Below are positions 1-10,491 of a stretch of DNA of 64,000 nt, piece after piece; the first letter of the stretch is position 1; each line of letters starts with the position of its first letter. Below the pieces are notes generated by a model that saw only the letters and a list, made by a program, of their open reading frames with translations, searched no databases and was not told where the DNA came from. Source of the stretch: Bacillota bacterium (GTDB lineage: Bacteria > Bacillota > Clostridia > Christensenellales > Pumilibacteraceae); the NCBI GenBank assembly GCA_019113265.1, contig DXHT01000001.1:1375-65374 (forward strand). Direction: 5' to 3'. A program made the position numbers and the translations under genes.

Positions 1-4
1 GGTA

Positions 5-33
5 TTGCAAAGCGGGTGAATATATGTTATAAT
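5..33 (+). promoter_or_regulatory. putative sigma-A type promoter for the acnX-like operon
   Basis: TTGCAA (5-10), 17-nt spacer, TGtTATAAT extended -10 (25-33). A GGAGGG Shine-Dalgarno sequence follows just before the ATG at 63. Confidence 0.5.
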
Positions 34-62
34 ATGTTTGACAAACGTCAAAAGGAGGGATC

Positions 63-1352
63 ATGGAGTATAAGATGAAGCTGACCGACGAGCAGAAATC
101 AATTCTGGACGGTAGCCGCGGCGAAACGATGGCAAAAGTCATGAAGACCGTCGTGATGTTCGGCGACATATTCGGAGCGGAAAAACTCGTCCCCGTCACG
201 CACAAAGACGGACACTTGGTGACGAGTTTTGGTATTGCGCTCATGAAGCCGTTGTTTTCCACAATGGACAAGCTGATCGACGCGGGCATAACGACGCAGG
301 GCAAGTTCACGGTAGACCCGCGCCCGCTCGATTACGCTAACGTAAAGTGCAATCTTCTCGAAAAGATAGCCTTTCACATAATGTACAAAAAGCAGTCGGA
401 CTACGAGGCGCAACTCCTGAAAGTGGGTCTGCGCGACTCCGACTCTTTCACGTGCACCTGCTATCTCGACGAAGTGGGAAACATTCCGAACAAGGGTGAC
501 GTTCTGAGCTGGGCGGAGAGCAGCGCGGTGGTATACGCCAATTCGGTACTCGGCGCGAGGTGCAACCGCAACAGCGGCATGCTCGATCTTTTCGGCTCGA
601 TAGTGGGCTATGTCCCGTACTTCGGACTGGTCACGGACGAGGGCAGAAAAGCCAAATGGCGCGTCGTGGTAAAGACGACGAAAAAGCCGGAAGCGCAGGT
701 GCTCGGCAGCGCGATAGGCATGAAAGTCATGGAGGACGTGCCGTACGTCACGGGGCTGGACAAGTTCCTCGGCACCGAGCTGACGGACGACGTAAAAGCG
801 TACTTAAAGGACTTCGGCGCGGCGACGGCGAGCAACGGCGCGGTGGGACTGTACCATATAGACAAGCTCACGCCCGAGGCGGTCGAGCAGGGCGAGAGCC
901 TTATACTGCCGGACGCGCAAGAGTACGTCATAGACGACGAAGAGCTTGAACGCGTCTATAAGTCATATCCCGTCATGTGGAAAGACCCTTCCGCGAAGGC
1001 GGGGCTGTGCTTTATAGGTTGCCCTCATTTAAGTTATAAACAGTTGTGCGACTGGACGGACGCGATAGACGACGCGCTCGGCGCGGCAGGACGGAAGAAA
1101 GTCGCCGTCCGCACGATAATGACGACGAGTCCGCAGGTAAAGAAGAAGTTCGCGGAAACTGGATACTATTCGCGGCTCATGCGTGCGGGAGTAAAGCTGA
1201 CGAGCATATGTCCGCTCATGTATACCAACAACCCCATGACAAAAGGACGTGCGATAGTTACCAACAGCAACAAACTGCGCACGTATTCCGTTGCGCGGTA
1301 CTATAAGGATGCGGAAATACTCGACATTCTCGCAGGCAGGGAGGTGAAATGA
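63..1352 (+). CDS. aconitase X catalytic-domain protein (DUF521 family, AcnX large subunit)
   Basis: 429-aa ORF with the N-terminal pattern typical of DUF521 (MKLTDEQKSILDG..GE..AKVMK..V.FG..FGAEKLVPVTH). Translationally coupled (ATGA overlap) to a DUF126 swivel-domain ORF. Confidence 0.75.
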   Translation: MEYKMKLTDEQKSILDGSRGETMAKVMKTVVMFGDIFGAEKLVPVTHKDGHLVTSFGIALMKPLFSTMDKLIDAGITTQGKFTVDPRPLDYANVKCNLLEKIAFHIMYKKQSDYEAQLLKVGLRDSDSFTCTCYLDEVGNIPNKGDVLSWAESSAVVYANSVLGARCNRNSGMLDLFGSIVGYVPYFGLVTDEGRKAKWRVVVKTTKKPEAQVLGSAIGMKVMEDVPYVTGLDKFLGTELTDDVKAYLKDFGAATASNGAVGLYHIDKLTPEAVEQGESLILPDAQEYVIDDEELERVYKSYPVMWKDPSAKAGLCFIGCPHLSYKQLCDWTDAIDDALGAAGRKKVAVRTIMTTSPQVKKKFAETGYYSRLMRAGVKLTSICPLMYTNNPMTKGRAIVTNSNKLRTYSVARYYKDAEILDILAGREVK

Positions 1353-1792
1353 TGAAGGAGTTCAAAGGCAGAGTGCTTGCGGGCGGCGAGTGGAAGGGCG
1401 AAGCGGTGGTCTCGCATCAGGGCGTGAACACGCTTGCGACGTTCCAGAAGAGCGCGCTCAAAAACGCGAAACGGGTGATAGTTTCCGATCAGAACAATGC
1501 GGACATATTCGGACTCGATATAACGGGCAAGGCGCTCTGTCTGCCCATAACGATAGGTTCGACGACGGGCGGACTCGTCATACAGACGGTGTGCGCTATG
1601 AAGATAGCGCCTGCGGCGTTCCTGTTTTCCGAGCATATAGACAGTCTTGCGGCGAGCGGCATAGTGCTTGCGCGCGTGTGGGAGAACAGCGACGTCATTG
1701 CCATAGACATGCTGGGCGACGAGTTTTTGCAAACGGTAAAGACGGGGGACACCGTCACCGTAAAGGCGGACGGCACCGTCATCGTAGAGTAA
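1349..1792 (+). CDS. aconitase X swivel-domain protein (DUF126, AcnX small subunit)
   Basis: 147 aa with GKALCLP..GSTTGG....APAA pattern characteristic of DUF126. 4-nt overlap with the upstream DUF521 gene. Confidence 0.7.
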   Translation: MMKEFKGRVLAGGEWKGEAVVSHQGVNTLATFQKSALKNAKRVIVSDQNNADIFGLDITGKALCLPITIGSTTGGLVIQTVCAMKIAPAAFLFSEHIDSLAASGIVLARVWENSDVIAIDMLGDEFLQTVKTGDTVTVKADGTVIVE

Positions 1793-1915
1793 ACGACTCT
1801 ATTTTGCACGAGAGGCGGGTGCGGCTTTTCCCGAACGGATTGCCGCGCCCGTTTGTCATGCGCCTTTCAGGCTTTGCCGCATAATAAGTGCGGGCGCAAG
1901 TAAATACTAACGAAC

Positions 1916-2917
1916 GTGAGAGCCATAGTACTTGCGGGCGGTTACGGAAAGAGGATAATGCCGCTGACGCACTATAAATGCAAACCGATGCTGCCCGTCG
2001 CAAACAGACCCGCGATAGACTATACCGTGTCCAGACTGCGCGCCGCGGGCGTACGCGACATAACTTTTGCGCTCGGCTACCGCCCGCGCGACGTGGTGGA
2101 GTTTACGGAGGGATATGCGGACATACGCGCCGAATACTCGGTCGAGGACGAACCGCTCGGCACTGCGGGAGCGGTGCGGGCGGCGGCGAGAGAGCGCGAC
2201 GGAGATTTTATCGTGTGCTCGGCGGATACGCTTTCGGACTCGGATATAGGCGGTCTTATCGAGGCGCACGAGCGCGGCGGCGGGATGGTGACGATAGAAA
2301 CGACGGAGGTGAGCGATCTCGGCGCGTACGGCGAAGTGATAAGCGAGGACGGCGTGGTAAGAGCCGTGCGCGAAAAACTGCCCGAGAACGTCGGTCGGCG
2401 GGGAACGGCGAGTACGGGAACGTATATAGTAAGCGCACGCGCGCTGGCGTACGTTCCCGAAAACGTGCCATTCGACTTTGCGCGGGAGTTGTTTCCCTAT
2501 CTTCTGAGGCTGGGCAAGCGCATATGCGAACATCGCACTGCGGGGTACTGGCGGGATATGGGGAGTCTGACAGACTACTTCGCCGCCAATTACGAAATGC
2601 GGGAGGGCGCGCCCTTTCCCGCGGCAAAGCACATTTTCCGCTGCCATTCGCGCCCGAAGGGGAGCGATCTCGTCGCGGACGGAGCGATCGTGCTCGGCCT
2701 GACGCACAACTGTATAATAGGCGAGGACGCCGTTATAGAGAGCGGAGCGCGGCTTGAGTCGTGCATAGTCCTGCCGGGAGAGCGCGTTACGGGGCGCATG
2801 TGCAACTGCGTCATAGGGCGGGATTTTGCGGCGGATCCGCTTCTTGACGGCGTAAATTTGCGTAATGTGGATAATTCGTCAAATATTTTTCATCTTTTCG
2901 CGTCAATAAACTTGTAA
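1916..2917 (+). CDS. NDP-sugar pyrophosphorylase (sugar-1-phosphate nucleotidyltransferase with C-terminal hexapeptide-repeat region)
   Basis: GTG start. N-terminus is AIVLAGGYGKRIMPLT...KPMLPVANRP (G-x-G-x-R nucleotidyltransferase signature). C-terminal I/V-G-rich beta-helix-like repeats. Confidence 0.75.
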   Translation: MRAIVLAGGYGKRIMPLTHYKCKPMLPVANRPAIDYTVSRLRAAGVRDITFALGYRPRDVVEFTEGYADIRAEYSVEDEPLGTAGAVRAAARERDGDFIVCSADTLSDSDIGGLIEAHERGGGMVTIETTEVSDLGAYGEVISEDGVVRAVREKLPENVGRRGTASTGTYIVSARALAYVPENVPFDFARELFPYLLRLGKRICEHRTAGYWRDMGSLTDYFAANYEMREGAPFPAAKHIFRCHSRPKGSDLVADGAIVLGLTHNCIIGEDAVIESGARLESCIVLPGERVTGRMCNCVIGRDFAADPLLDGVNLRNVDNSSNIFHLFASINL

Positions 2918-3015
2918 TTTCAAAGGCGGTAATGTATAATATTTTCCGGAACATACGAGGCGAGGGCGTAGCCTGTCGCCTCAAACGATATTACAATTAA
3001 ATCCGGAGGATATCA

Positions 3016-4689
3016 TTGCATAGACCGAATACCGATTCGCCTGCGCTCAAGGTGATTTTTTTGGGCGGCGTCGGAGAGATCGGCAAGAATATGACCGCGC
3101 TTGAATTCGGAGGAGATATCATAGTTATCGACAGCGGATCGTGTTTTCCCAATGTCGATATGCCGGGAATAGACCTCGTTATTCCCGATACGACTTATCT
3201 TCTTGCGAACAAGGATCGTGTGCGCGGCATCGTGCTCACTCACGGGCACGAGGACCATATAGGCGCTCTCCCTTACGTTCTTAAAGACCTTAACGTGCCC
3301 GTTTACGGCACGAAAATAACCCTCGCCCTCGTGGACGCGAAACTGCGCGAACAGAAGGTGGAAAACGTCAGGCTGAACATCGTAAAGCCCGGAAGCACGG
3401 TGCAGTTCGGCTGTTTTAAGGTGGAGTTCGTAAACGTGTCGCACTCCATTGCGGGAAGCTGCGCTCTTTCGATAACGACGCCCGTCGGAACGGTATTCCA
3501 CACGGGCGATTTCAAGGTGGACTTTACGCCCATAGACGGCAACGTCATAGACCTTCAACGCATAGCCGAGATAGGCAACAGGGGCGTACTGCTCCTTCTT
3601 TGCGAAAGCACCAACATAGAGCGCAAAGGCTCGTCCATGAGCGAGGCGACGGTTGGCGCGTCGTTCGACGGCATATTCGCGGACAATCCCGAACGCCGCA
3701 TAATAATAGCGACGTTCGCGTCCAACATACACCGCTTGCAGCAGATAATAGATCTTGCGGTAAAATATAAGCGCAAAGTCGCGTTTTGCGGTCGCAGTAT
3801 GATAAACATAGCGGCAGCGGCGGCGAAAATAGGCGAACTGCGCTATTCGGACGATCTCGTCGTTGATATCGACAAAATAAAGAATATAGACGACAAAAAC
3901 CTCGTCATCATTTCGACGGGCAGTCAGGGCGAGCCCATGAGCGCGCTCACCCGCATGGCGAGCGACGAAATGAGCAAGGTGCGTCTCGGATATAACGATA
4001 CCGTGATTATTTCCGCGTCTCCCATACCGGGCAACGAGCGGATGGTTTACAACGTCATAAACAATCTTTATCGTCACGGTTGCAAGGTCATATACGAGTC
4101 CCTGGCAGAAGTGCACGTTTCGGGTCACGCCTATCAGGAAGAGCTGAAACTCATGCACGCACTGCTCAAACCTAAGTTTTTCATGCCCGTTCACGGCGAG
4201 CACCGTCATCAGAAAAAGCATGCGGAGCTTGCCATGCGCATAGGTATGCCGTCGTCCTCCATAATCGTCCCCGATATAGGCAATCAGATACTTGTGACGC
4301 GCCGCGCGATGAAAGCGGGTGACAACGTGCCTGCGGGCGCGGTGCTCGTGGACGGCCTGGGCGTGGGCGACGTGGGCAGCACCGTTCTGCGCGACAGAAA
4401 GCATCTTGCCGAAGAGGGACTGTTCGTCATCGTCATAGGCATGGACAGAGAAGAGGGCAAGATACTTAGCGTAGACGTGATAAGCCGCGGCTTTGTGTAT
4501 GCCGAAAACGCGGAAGGGCTTATGGAAGAGGCTAAAAAACTCGTTCTGCGCGTCAGCGCGAAGTCCGACCTTAAAGAGATAGAGGATCTGACGGTGTATA
4601 AGAACATGATCCGCCGTGAGATGAAGAGTTTCCTTTACAAGGAGACTCGCCGCAGTCCGATGATACTTCCGATAGTGACGGAAAGCTGA
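3016..4689 (+). CDS. rnj: ribonuclease J
   Basis: 557 aa, TTG start after GGAGGA. Metallo-beta-lactamase HGHEDHIGALPY motif, beta-CASP region, and typical RNase J N-terminus (KVIFLGGVGEIGKNM). Confidence 0.9.
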   Translation: MHRPNTDSPALKVIFLGGVGEIGKNMTALEFGGDIIVIDSGSCFPNVDMPGIDLVIPDTTYLLANKDRVRGIVLTHGHEDHIGALPYVLKDLNVPVYGTKITLALVDAKLREQKVENVRLNIVKPGSTVQFGCFKVEFVNVSHSIAGSCALSITTPVGTVFHTGDFKVDFTPIDGNVIDLQRIAEIGNRGVLLLLCESTNIERKGSSMSEATVGASFDGIFADNPERRIIIATFASNIHRLQQIIDLAVKYKRKVAFCGRSMINIAAAAAKIGELRYSDDLVVDIDKIKNIDDKNLVIISTGSQGEPMSALTRMASDEMSKVRLGYNDTVIISASPIPGNERMVYNVINNLYRHGCKVIYESLAEVHVSGHAYQEELKLMHALLKPKFFMPVHGEHRHQKKHAELAMRIGMPSSSIIVPDIGNQILVTRRAMKAGDNVPAGAVLVDGLGVGDVGSTVLRDRKHLAEEGLFVIVIGMDREEGKILSVDVISRGFVYAENAEGLMEEAKKLVLRVSAKSDLKEIEDLTVYKNMIRREMKSFLYKETRRSPMILPIVTES

Positions 4690-4696
4690 CCGACGC

Positions 4697-5344
4697 ATGA
4701 GTTATTACGAGTACGGAAAGACGGAAAGATACCTGCTCTCGCTGTTGCCGCGTTCGGTAATGCCCGAACTCGAAGACGTGCGCGAGGACGCTGATCGCCT
4801 GGGCGTGCCCGTCATAAGCGAAACGGGCGCGCAACTATTGCGCGTTGCGACCATGCTCGCCGCGCCGTCCCGTATACTCGAAATAGGCACGGGAACGGGT
4901 TACAGCGGACTGGTCATGTTGCAATCGTCCCGCGCGAAACTTTATACGATAGATTTCGATGCGGAGGCAGTGGAGAGGGCGCGCGTCAACTTCCGCGCGC
5001 ACGGTTGCGCCCGCCGCGTCGAAATTTTCGAGGGCGACGCGTCCGAGGTCATACCCATGATAGAGGGCAAGTTCGGAATGATATTCTTAGACGGCCCGAA
5101 AGGCAGGTACTACGAATTTCTGCCATACCTTATAAATCTCCTTACCCGCGGCGGAGTATTGCTTTGCGACAACGTGCTGTACTCGGGGCGCATGAGCGGG
5201 GTAAAGGACGTGCCGCCTAAAAAGCGCACGATATACGAGCGACTCGAACTGTTTATGAAAGCGGTCAATTCCGATCCGAGGCTTGTTACGTCCGTACTGC
5301 CTGTCGGTGACGGTATGAGCCTTTCGGTAAAGGTGAGCGAATGA
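4697..5344 (+). CDS. class I SAM-dependent O-methyltransferase (family 3, YrrM/TrmR-like)
   Basis: 215 aa with ILEIGTGTGYSG SAM-binding motif and DGPK...LL..GG....DN pattern. Overlaps the downstream U32 gene by 4 nt, as for yrrM-yrrN/O in Bacillus. Confidence 0.75.
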   Translation: MSYYEYGKTERYLLSLLPRSVMPELEDVREDADRLGVPVISETGAQLLRVATMLAAPSRILEIGTGTGYSGLVMLQSSRAKLYTIDFDAEAVERARVNFRAHGCARRVEIFEGDASEVIPMIEGKFGMIFLDGPKGRYYEFLPYLINLLTRGGVLLCDNVLYSGRMSGVKDVPPKKRTIYERLELFMKAVNSDPRLVTSVLPVGDGMSLSVKVSE

Positions 5345-6549
5345 AAAAACCGGAGCTTCTCGCACCCGCGGGCAATATGAATAAACTGCTGACCGCCGTC
5401 CATTTCGGAGCGGACGCGGTGTACGCCGCGGCGAGCGAGTACGGACTGCGCGCGTATGCGGGCAACTTCACGCTCGACGAGCTTAAACGCGTCGCGGATA
5501 TGCTCCATGCGCAGTCTAAGAAACTATACGTCACGGTGAACGCGTATATGAACGAGAGCGATATCGGCGGTCTGCCCGCGTTTGCCGAGCGGCTGGGCGA
5601 AACGGGCGCGGACGGCGCGCTCGTAAGCGATTCGGGAGCGTTCGCTGTACTGTCGAAATGCGCTCCGCGTCTGCCGTTGCACGTCAGTACACAGGCGAAC
5701 GTGACCAATTCCGAAGCGGCGAAAGTGTGGGCGGACATGGGCGCGAGCCGCATAGTGCTTGCGCGCGAGACGCGGCTCAGCGAGATCCCCGCGATAAAGC
5801 GGGCGGCGGGCGTGGAGATAGAGGCGTTCGTGCACGGCGCGATGTGCGTCGCGTACTCGGGACGCTGTCTGCTGTCGGCATACTTTACGGGAAGATCGGG
5901 CAATCGCGGAGCATGTACGCAGAGCTGCCGCTGGGAGTACGGGCTCGTCGAGCCGACGCGCGGCGAAACGCTGGGAATATCCGAGGACGAGCGGGGAACA
6001 TACATACTTTCGAGCAAAGACCTCTGTATGATAAAGCACCTTAAAGAGCTTGCTGACGCGGGCGTGGACTCGTTCAAGATAGAAGGGCGGATGAAGAGCG
6101 AATATTACGTCGCAGGTACGGTGAACGCGTACCGCAGGGCGATCGACGACATGATCGCGGGGCGGCCGTTCGACGAGAGACTGGAAGCGGAAACGGAAAA
6201 GATCTCTCACCGCGGCTACTCGACGGGCTTTTATTTCGGCGGAAAAGGAGAAACGGGAGAGCCTAAGCCGCAATCGGGCAGCGAGTTCATAGCCGTCTCT
6301 GCCGAGGACGGCGATGGGGAAGCGACGGTGGAGATGCGCAGCCGTTTTGCCGTGGGCGACGTGCTGGAAGTGCTTTCGCCGTACGACTCGTTCGGGCATT
6401 CGTTCACCGTGGAAAAGATAACCGATCCGGACGGTAAAAGCGTGGACGTTGCGGACAAGGTGCAGCAACTCGTGCGCATCAACTGCGACGTGCCCATACA
6501 TAAATACGATATACTGAGGAGAAACCGTAGCTTAACGGCGCGGGCATGA
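5341..6549 (+). CDS. peptidase U32 family protein (YrrO/TrhP-like)
   Basis: 402 aa. N-terminus KPELLAPAGN...L.AA...GADAVY is the canonical U32 start. Cys-rich GRCLLS/CTQSCRW segment. Confidence 0.85.
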   Translation: MKKPELLAPAGNMNKLLTAVHFGADAVYAAASEYGLRAYAGNFTLDELKRVADMLHAQSKKLYVTVNAYMNESDIGGLPAFAERLGETGADGALVSDSGAFAVLSKCAPRLPLHVSTQANVTNSEAAKVWADMGASRIVLARETRLSEIPAIKRAAGVEIEAFVHGAMCVAYSGRCLLSAYFTGRSGNRGACTQSCRWEYGLVEPTRGETLGISEDERGTYILSSKDLCMIKHLKELADAGVDSFKIEGRMKSEYYVAGTVNAYRRAIDDMIAGRPFDERLEAETEKISHRGYSTGFYFGGKGETGEPKPQSGSEFIAVSAEDGDGEATVEMRSRFAVGDVLEVLSPYDSFGHSFTVEKITDPDGKSVDVADKVQQLVRINCDVPIHKYDILRRNRSLTARA

Positions 6550-6580
6550 TGGAAAGATCTCACCAGGGAAGAAACGCGAT

Positions 6581-7591
6581 ATGTATTTTCTGTCTACATT
6601 TATCAGCATAGCGGTACTGCTCGTACTGCTCATACCGGGCTATATGCTCCGTAAGTTGAAGCTCGTCAGTAACGCGGCGGCGAAGGACCTTTCGGGACTT
6701 CTGCTGTATATAGGATTGCCCGCGCTCGTTTTCTATTGCATGATGGGCGTGGATATACGCCATGTGTCCTGGCAGGAGATTGTGCTGTGTCTGCTTATAA
6801 CGGTCATAGTTCATCTCATAGGCTACATAGCGATAAAGCTGATACTCATTCGTCGCCCCAAAAGCGGAGCGAAGTCGGCGGCGTCCTTTTCCGCGATATT
6901 CTCCAACTGCGGATTCCTCGGGATACCGCTTTCGGAAATAGCCGTCAAATACTGCGAAGTTTTCGCGGGAACGATGGACGAGTCGCTCAGCCGCATGCGT
7001 CTGTACGTCACGCTGTTCAACGTGGTGTTCAACCTGCTGAACTGGACTCTCGGCGTCGCGCTGTACGGAGCCGCGGAAAAGAAGAGCGTTATGATAAGAA
7101 AGGCGATTCTCAACCCTTGCACGCTGGCGTTCATCGTCGCGTTGCCCTTTACGCTTACGGGTCTGTCGCTGCTTCAACCGATAAACGTCGGCGGAATGGA
7201 GATAGGTCAGATCGCCGATCTTATAACATACCTCTATAACATCTGCGTGCCCGTGTCCATGTGCATACTCGGCATACGCCTTGCGGACATGAAGATAAAG
7301 CGCATGTTCGTAAGCGGGTATATGTACGCGTCTCTCGGCGTAAAAATGGTAATAGTGCCGGCGATAATATGCGTCGGATGTCTTGTGCTTCACCGCTTAT
7401 TCGGTATGAGCGGGGAACTCGCGCTCGGCATGGTCGTAATGGCGGTAACGCCTACCGCGACTACCGCGCTTGCGTTCGCGGAGCGGTTCAACGGAGATAC
7501 CGCGGTGGCGGGCGAGTGTATAATGTCGTCCACGGTAGTCGCGCTCGTTATCGTTCCCGCGTTCCTGATGCTGACCGCCAGCTTTTTGTGA
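6581..7591 (+). CDS. AEC (auxin efflux carrier) family transporter
   Basis: 336-aa polytopic membrane protein with the typical two-halves AEC layout and LPALVF N-terminal motif. Confidence 0.7.
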   Translation: MYFLSTFISIAVLLVLLIPGYMLRKLKLVSNAAAKDLSGLLLYIGLPALVFYCMMGVDIRHVSWQEIVLCLLITVIVHLIGYIAIKLILIRRPKSGAKSAASFSAIFSNCGFLGIPLSEIAVKYCEVFAGTMDESLSRMRLYVTLFNVVFNLLNWTLGVALYGAAEKKSVMIRKAILNPCTLAFIVALPFTLTGLSLLQPINVGGMEIGQIADLITYLYNICVPVSMCILGIRLADMKIKRMFVSGYMYASLGVKMVIVPAIICVGCLVLHRLFGMSGELALGMVVMAVTPTATTALAFAERFNGDTAVAGECIMSSTVVALVIVPAFLMLTASFL

Positions 7592-7648
7592 CGCCGCCAA
7601 AATCGTTTACAAACGCGGCGCAGTCTGTTATAATCGGGTAAGAACGAC

Positions 7649-8575
7649 ATGAAAGAAAACTCGGTAAAAAACTTTTTTCTGAACGTGCTTAAAGGCGCGC
7701 TTATGGGCATCGCGCTCATTATTCCCGGCTTTTCGGGGGGAACGGTAGCGGTCGTTCTCGGCATTTACTACGGGCTCGTAAGCGCGGTGTCGGGACTGTT
7801 CCGCCACTTTTCCAAGAACTTTCTGTATCTGCTCCCGTTTGCCATAGGCATGGTGCTTGCCGTCGTCGCGCTCATCGTTCCGATAAGCGCGGCGCTCGAA
7901 TATCTGCCTTTGCCGACGATATGTCTGTTTGTCGGACTGATGCTGGGCGGAGTGCCTCCCATTGCGGCGGAGGCGGGCAAGCCTAATAAGTTCGCATACG
8001 TCGCGGCTTTTATAATAGCGTGCGCCGTCGCCGTAGGGCTGTGTTTCATACCCGCGCTCGGCGATGCGGACAGGTCGGCGTCTCCCACGGCGGGAACGTA
8101 CTTTTCGCTTCTCGGCGTGGGCTTTACGGGAGCGTGCGGCTTTGTCGTTCCGGGGATATCCGGCTCCATGATACTCATGGTGCTCGGGTATTACAACTAC
8201 ATACTCGGCGCGGGCAGGGAACTGCTCTCGCTGACGAACGTCGGAACGAACATACTGATAATACTCGTGTTTGCAGTGGGAGTTATCATAGGATTTTTCG
8301 TCATATCCATGATAATGAAAGCACTGCTGACGAGGTACAAGCGCGGGACTTACTACGCGATACTCGGGTTTATCGCGGGTTCGGTGTTCACGCTGTTCTA
8401 TCAGCAGGCGGACTCGCTCATAAATCACTCGCTTAACGTTCCTCTTCAAGCGGTGCTTGCGGGGTTGCTGTTTCTTGTCGGAGCGGGCGCGTCGGGTCTG
8501 TTCTGCGTCTATGCGGAGCGCAAAAAGCGCAAAGATGAAGCGTTAAAAGAGGACGGAGGAGAAAATAAAGCGTAA
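7649..8575 (+). CDS. DUF368 family membrane protein (polyprenyl-phosphate transporter-like)
   Basis: 308 aa. Two copies of the DUF368 signature (IIPGFSGGTVAVVLGIY and VVPGISGSMILMVLGYY). Confidence 0.8.
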   Translation: MKENSVKNFFLNVLKGALMGIALIIPGFSGGTVAVVLGIYYGLVSAVSGLFRHFSKNFLYLLPFAIGMVLAVVALIVPISAALEYLPLPTICLFVGLMLGGVPPIAAEAGKPNKFAYVAAFIIACAVAVGLCFIPALGDADRSASPTAGTYFSLLGVGFTGACGFVVPGISGSMILMVLGYYNYILGAGRELLSLTNVGTNILIILVFAVGVIIGFFVISMIMKALLTRYKRGTYYAILGFIAGSVFTLFYQQADSLINHSLNVPLQAVLAGLLFLVGAGASGLFCVYAERKKRKDEALKEDGGENKA

Positions 8576-8691
8576 TGCCGCGCGAAATATGACGTTTAAT
8601 GTTGACTAACGGCGGATAAATGTGGTAAACTAATTACGCTAAACGCGCCCGTCGTCGGAGTTGCCGACAGGCGTAACAAGGTTGTAATGAT

Positions 8692-9411
8692 ATGGGTAAA
8701 CCGTTTTATTATCTCAGCAAATGTCTGTACAGTCTGGGTCGGCCGTTATATCCGACCAAGGTCATAGGCAGGGAAAATATAATAAAGAAGGGGAAGTGCA
8801 TATACGCGTGCAATCATCTTTCCGCCGTGGATATACCGCTGACTCAGGTGCATATACCCGGGTACAGAAGATACATCGGAAAGGTGGACTTTACCGAGCA
8901 TAAGCTGTCCAAGTTCCTCCTCGGAAAGTTCGGCGTTATATTCATAGACAGGGATCGCCCCGCGCTGTCTACCATGCGCGAGATATTCAAGGTGCTTGAC
9001 AACGGGCAGATCCTGATATTTCCCGAGGGTACGCGCAACAAGGGCGACGCGAACGAAATGGGCGAGCTTAAAACGGGACTCGCGCTGTTTGCGGCAAAGA
9101 GCGGCGCGCCCGTCGTTCCCGTACTGCTGTACCGTCGTCCCAAGGCTTTCCGCAAGAACTACATGTATATAGGCAAGCCGATAGACATCATAGATAAAAA
9201 GGGGCGTATGCCGAGCGCGGCGGATGCGGAAGCGATAACCGCGCGCTACGCGTACGAGTTTGCAAAATTGCGCATTCTTCTGCGCGACTATGTGGAAAAC
9301 AAAAGGTGGAAAAAGAAGAACAAACTCAAAGAGGGGGAGAAACCGCCCGCCCTTATAGCGTTCGAGGCGCAGAACGAAATGCCTGCGCTCACGGCTGCGG
9401 GAGAACAGTAA
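8692..9411 (+). CDS. plsC: 1-acyl-sn-glycerol-3-phosphate acyltransferase
   Basis: 239 aa with acyltransferase HX4D motif (NHLSAVD) and FPEGTRN motif. Confidence 0.8.
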   Translation: MGKPFYYLSKCLYSLGRPLYPTKVIGRENIIKKGKCIYACNHLSAVDIPLTQVHIPGYRRYIGKVDFTEHKLSKFLLGKFGVIFIDRDRPALSTMREIFKVLDNGQILIFPEGTRNKGDANEMGELKTGLALFAAKSGAPVVPVLLYRRPKAFRKNYMYIGKPIDIIDKKGRMPSAADAEAITARYAYEFAKLRILLRDYVENKRWKKKNKLKEGEKPPALIAFEAQNEMPALTAAGEQ

Positions 9412-9415
9412 GAAT

Positions 9416-10438
9416 ATGATGAAGATCATAGTGGACGTATTCAGCGGCGACGATCCGAAAGCTCTGATACGCGGAACGGCGGCTGCCGTCAACGTATATC
9501 CCGACGTGCATTTCATAATGCCGGGAGATCCGACCTGTCTCGAACGCGAGCTTGCGGAGTGCGATTACGACAGATCCCGTCTCGAAATTCTCCCCGCAAG
9601 CGAGATAATAGGTAACGACGAATCCCCGACTATGGCGATACGTCAGAAGCGCGATTCCTCTCTCGTGCGCGGAGCGGCACTTCTGCGCTCCGATCCCGAA
9701 GTGGGCGGAATGATAAGCGCGGGCAGTACGGGCGCGATACTGTGTTGCGGAATATTCGTCGTAGGGAGATTGCGCGGCATAGATCGTCCCGCTCTCGCTC
9801 CCGTTCTTCCGACGGTAAACGGCGGCAACGTGTGCCTTATAGACTGCGGAGCGAACGCGGACTGCCGTAGCGAATATCTCGCACAGTTCGCCCTTCTCGG
9901 GACGAGCCTCATGCGGACGCTGTGTAAGGTGGACGATCCCAGAGTCGCTCTCGTAAATGTAGGCGTAGAGGGTCATAAGGGCAATATGCTCACGTCGCAG
10001 ACGGCGGCGCTCCTCTCGGAAATGCCCGTAAATTTCGTGGGCAACATGGAAGCGCGCGACGCGCTCAGCGGCAAATACGACGTGCTCGTATGCGACGGGT
10101 TCGTGGGTAACGTCCTGCTTAAAAGCATAGAGGGAACGGCGGCGAACGTGGCGAGCGAAATGGCGGAGATACTGCGCCGCAAAATGCCGGGAGGCGCGGC
10201 GGAAGAACTGATCGCGGAAGCGGCGCACGAAGTCATGCGCAATTACGACTACAACTCATACGGCGGAGCGTACCTGCTCGGTTGCCGCAAGCCGATAGAG
10301 AAGATACACGGCGCGTCGAACGAGCGCACCATTCCGTACGCTGTGGGGCAGATGCGTTCTATGATACTCGCGGGTCTGACAGAGAGCATAGCGTCTCAGC
10401 TGGAAGAGATGTCGCGCGGGCACGGCGAGACGCGCTGA
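9416..10438 (+). CDS. plsX: phosphate acyltransferase PlsX
   Basis: 340 aa. KIIVDVFSGD start, GSTGA motif and DGFVGNVLLK motif typical of PlsX. Confidence 0.9.
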   Translation: MMKIIVDVFSGDDPKALIRGTAAAVNVYPDVHFIMPGDPTCLERELAECDYDRSRLEILPASEIIGNDESPTMAIRQKRDSSLVRGAALLRSDPEVGGMISAGSTGAILCCGIFVVGRLRGIDRPALAPVLPTVNGGNVCLIDCGANADCRSEYLAQFALLGTSLMRTLCKVDDPRVALVNVGVEGHKGNMLTSQTAALLSEMPVNFVGNMEARDALSGKYDVLVCDGFVGNVLLKSIEGTAANVASEMAEILRRKMPGGAAEELIAEAAHEVMRNYDYNSYGGAYLLGCRKPIEKIHGASNERTIPYAVGQMRSMILAGLTESIASQLEEMSRGHGETR

Positions 10439-10491
10439 TGCGGCACGCATTGTCACAAAACCGAATATAATGGTGAGTATACCCGACGATC

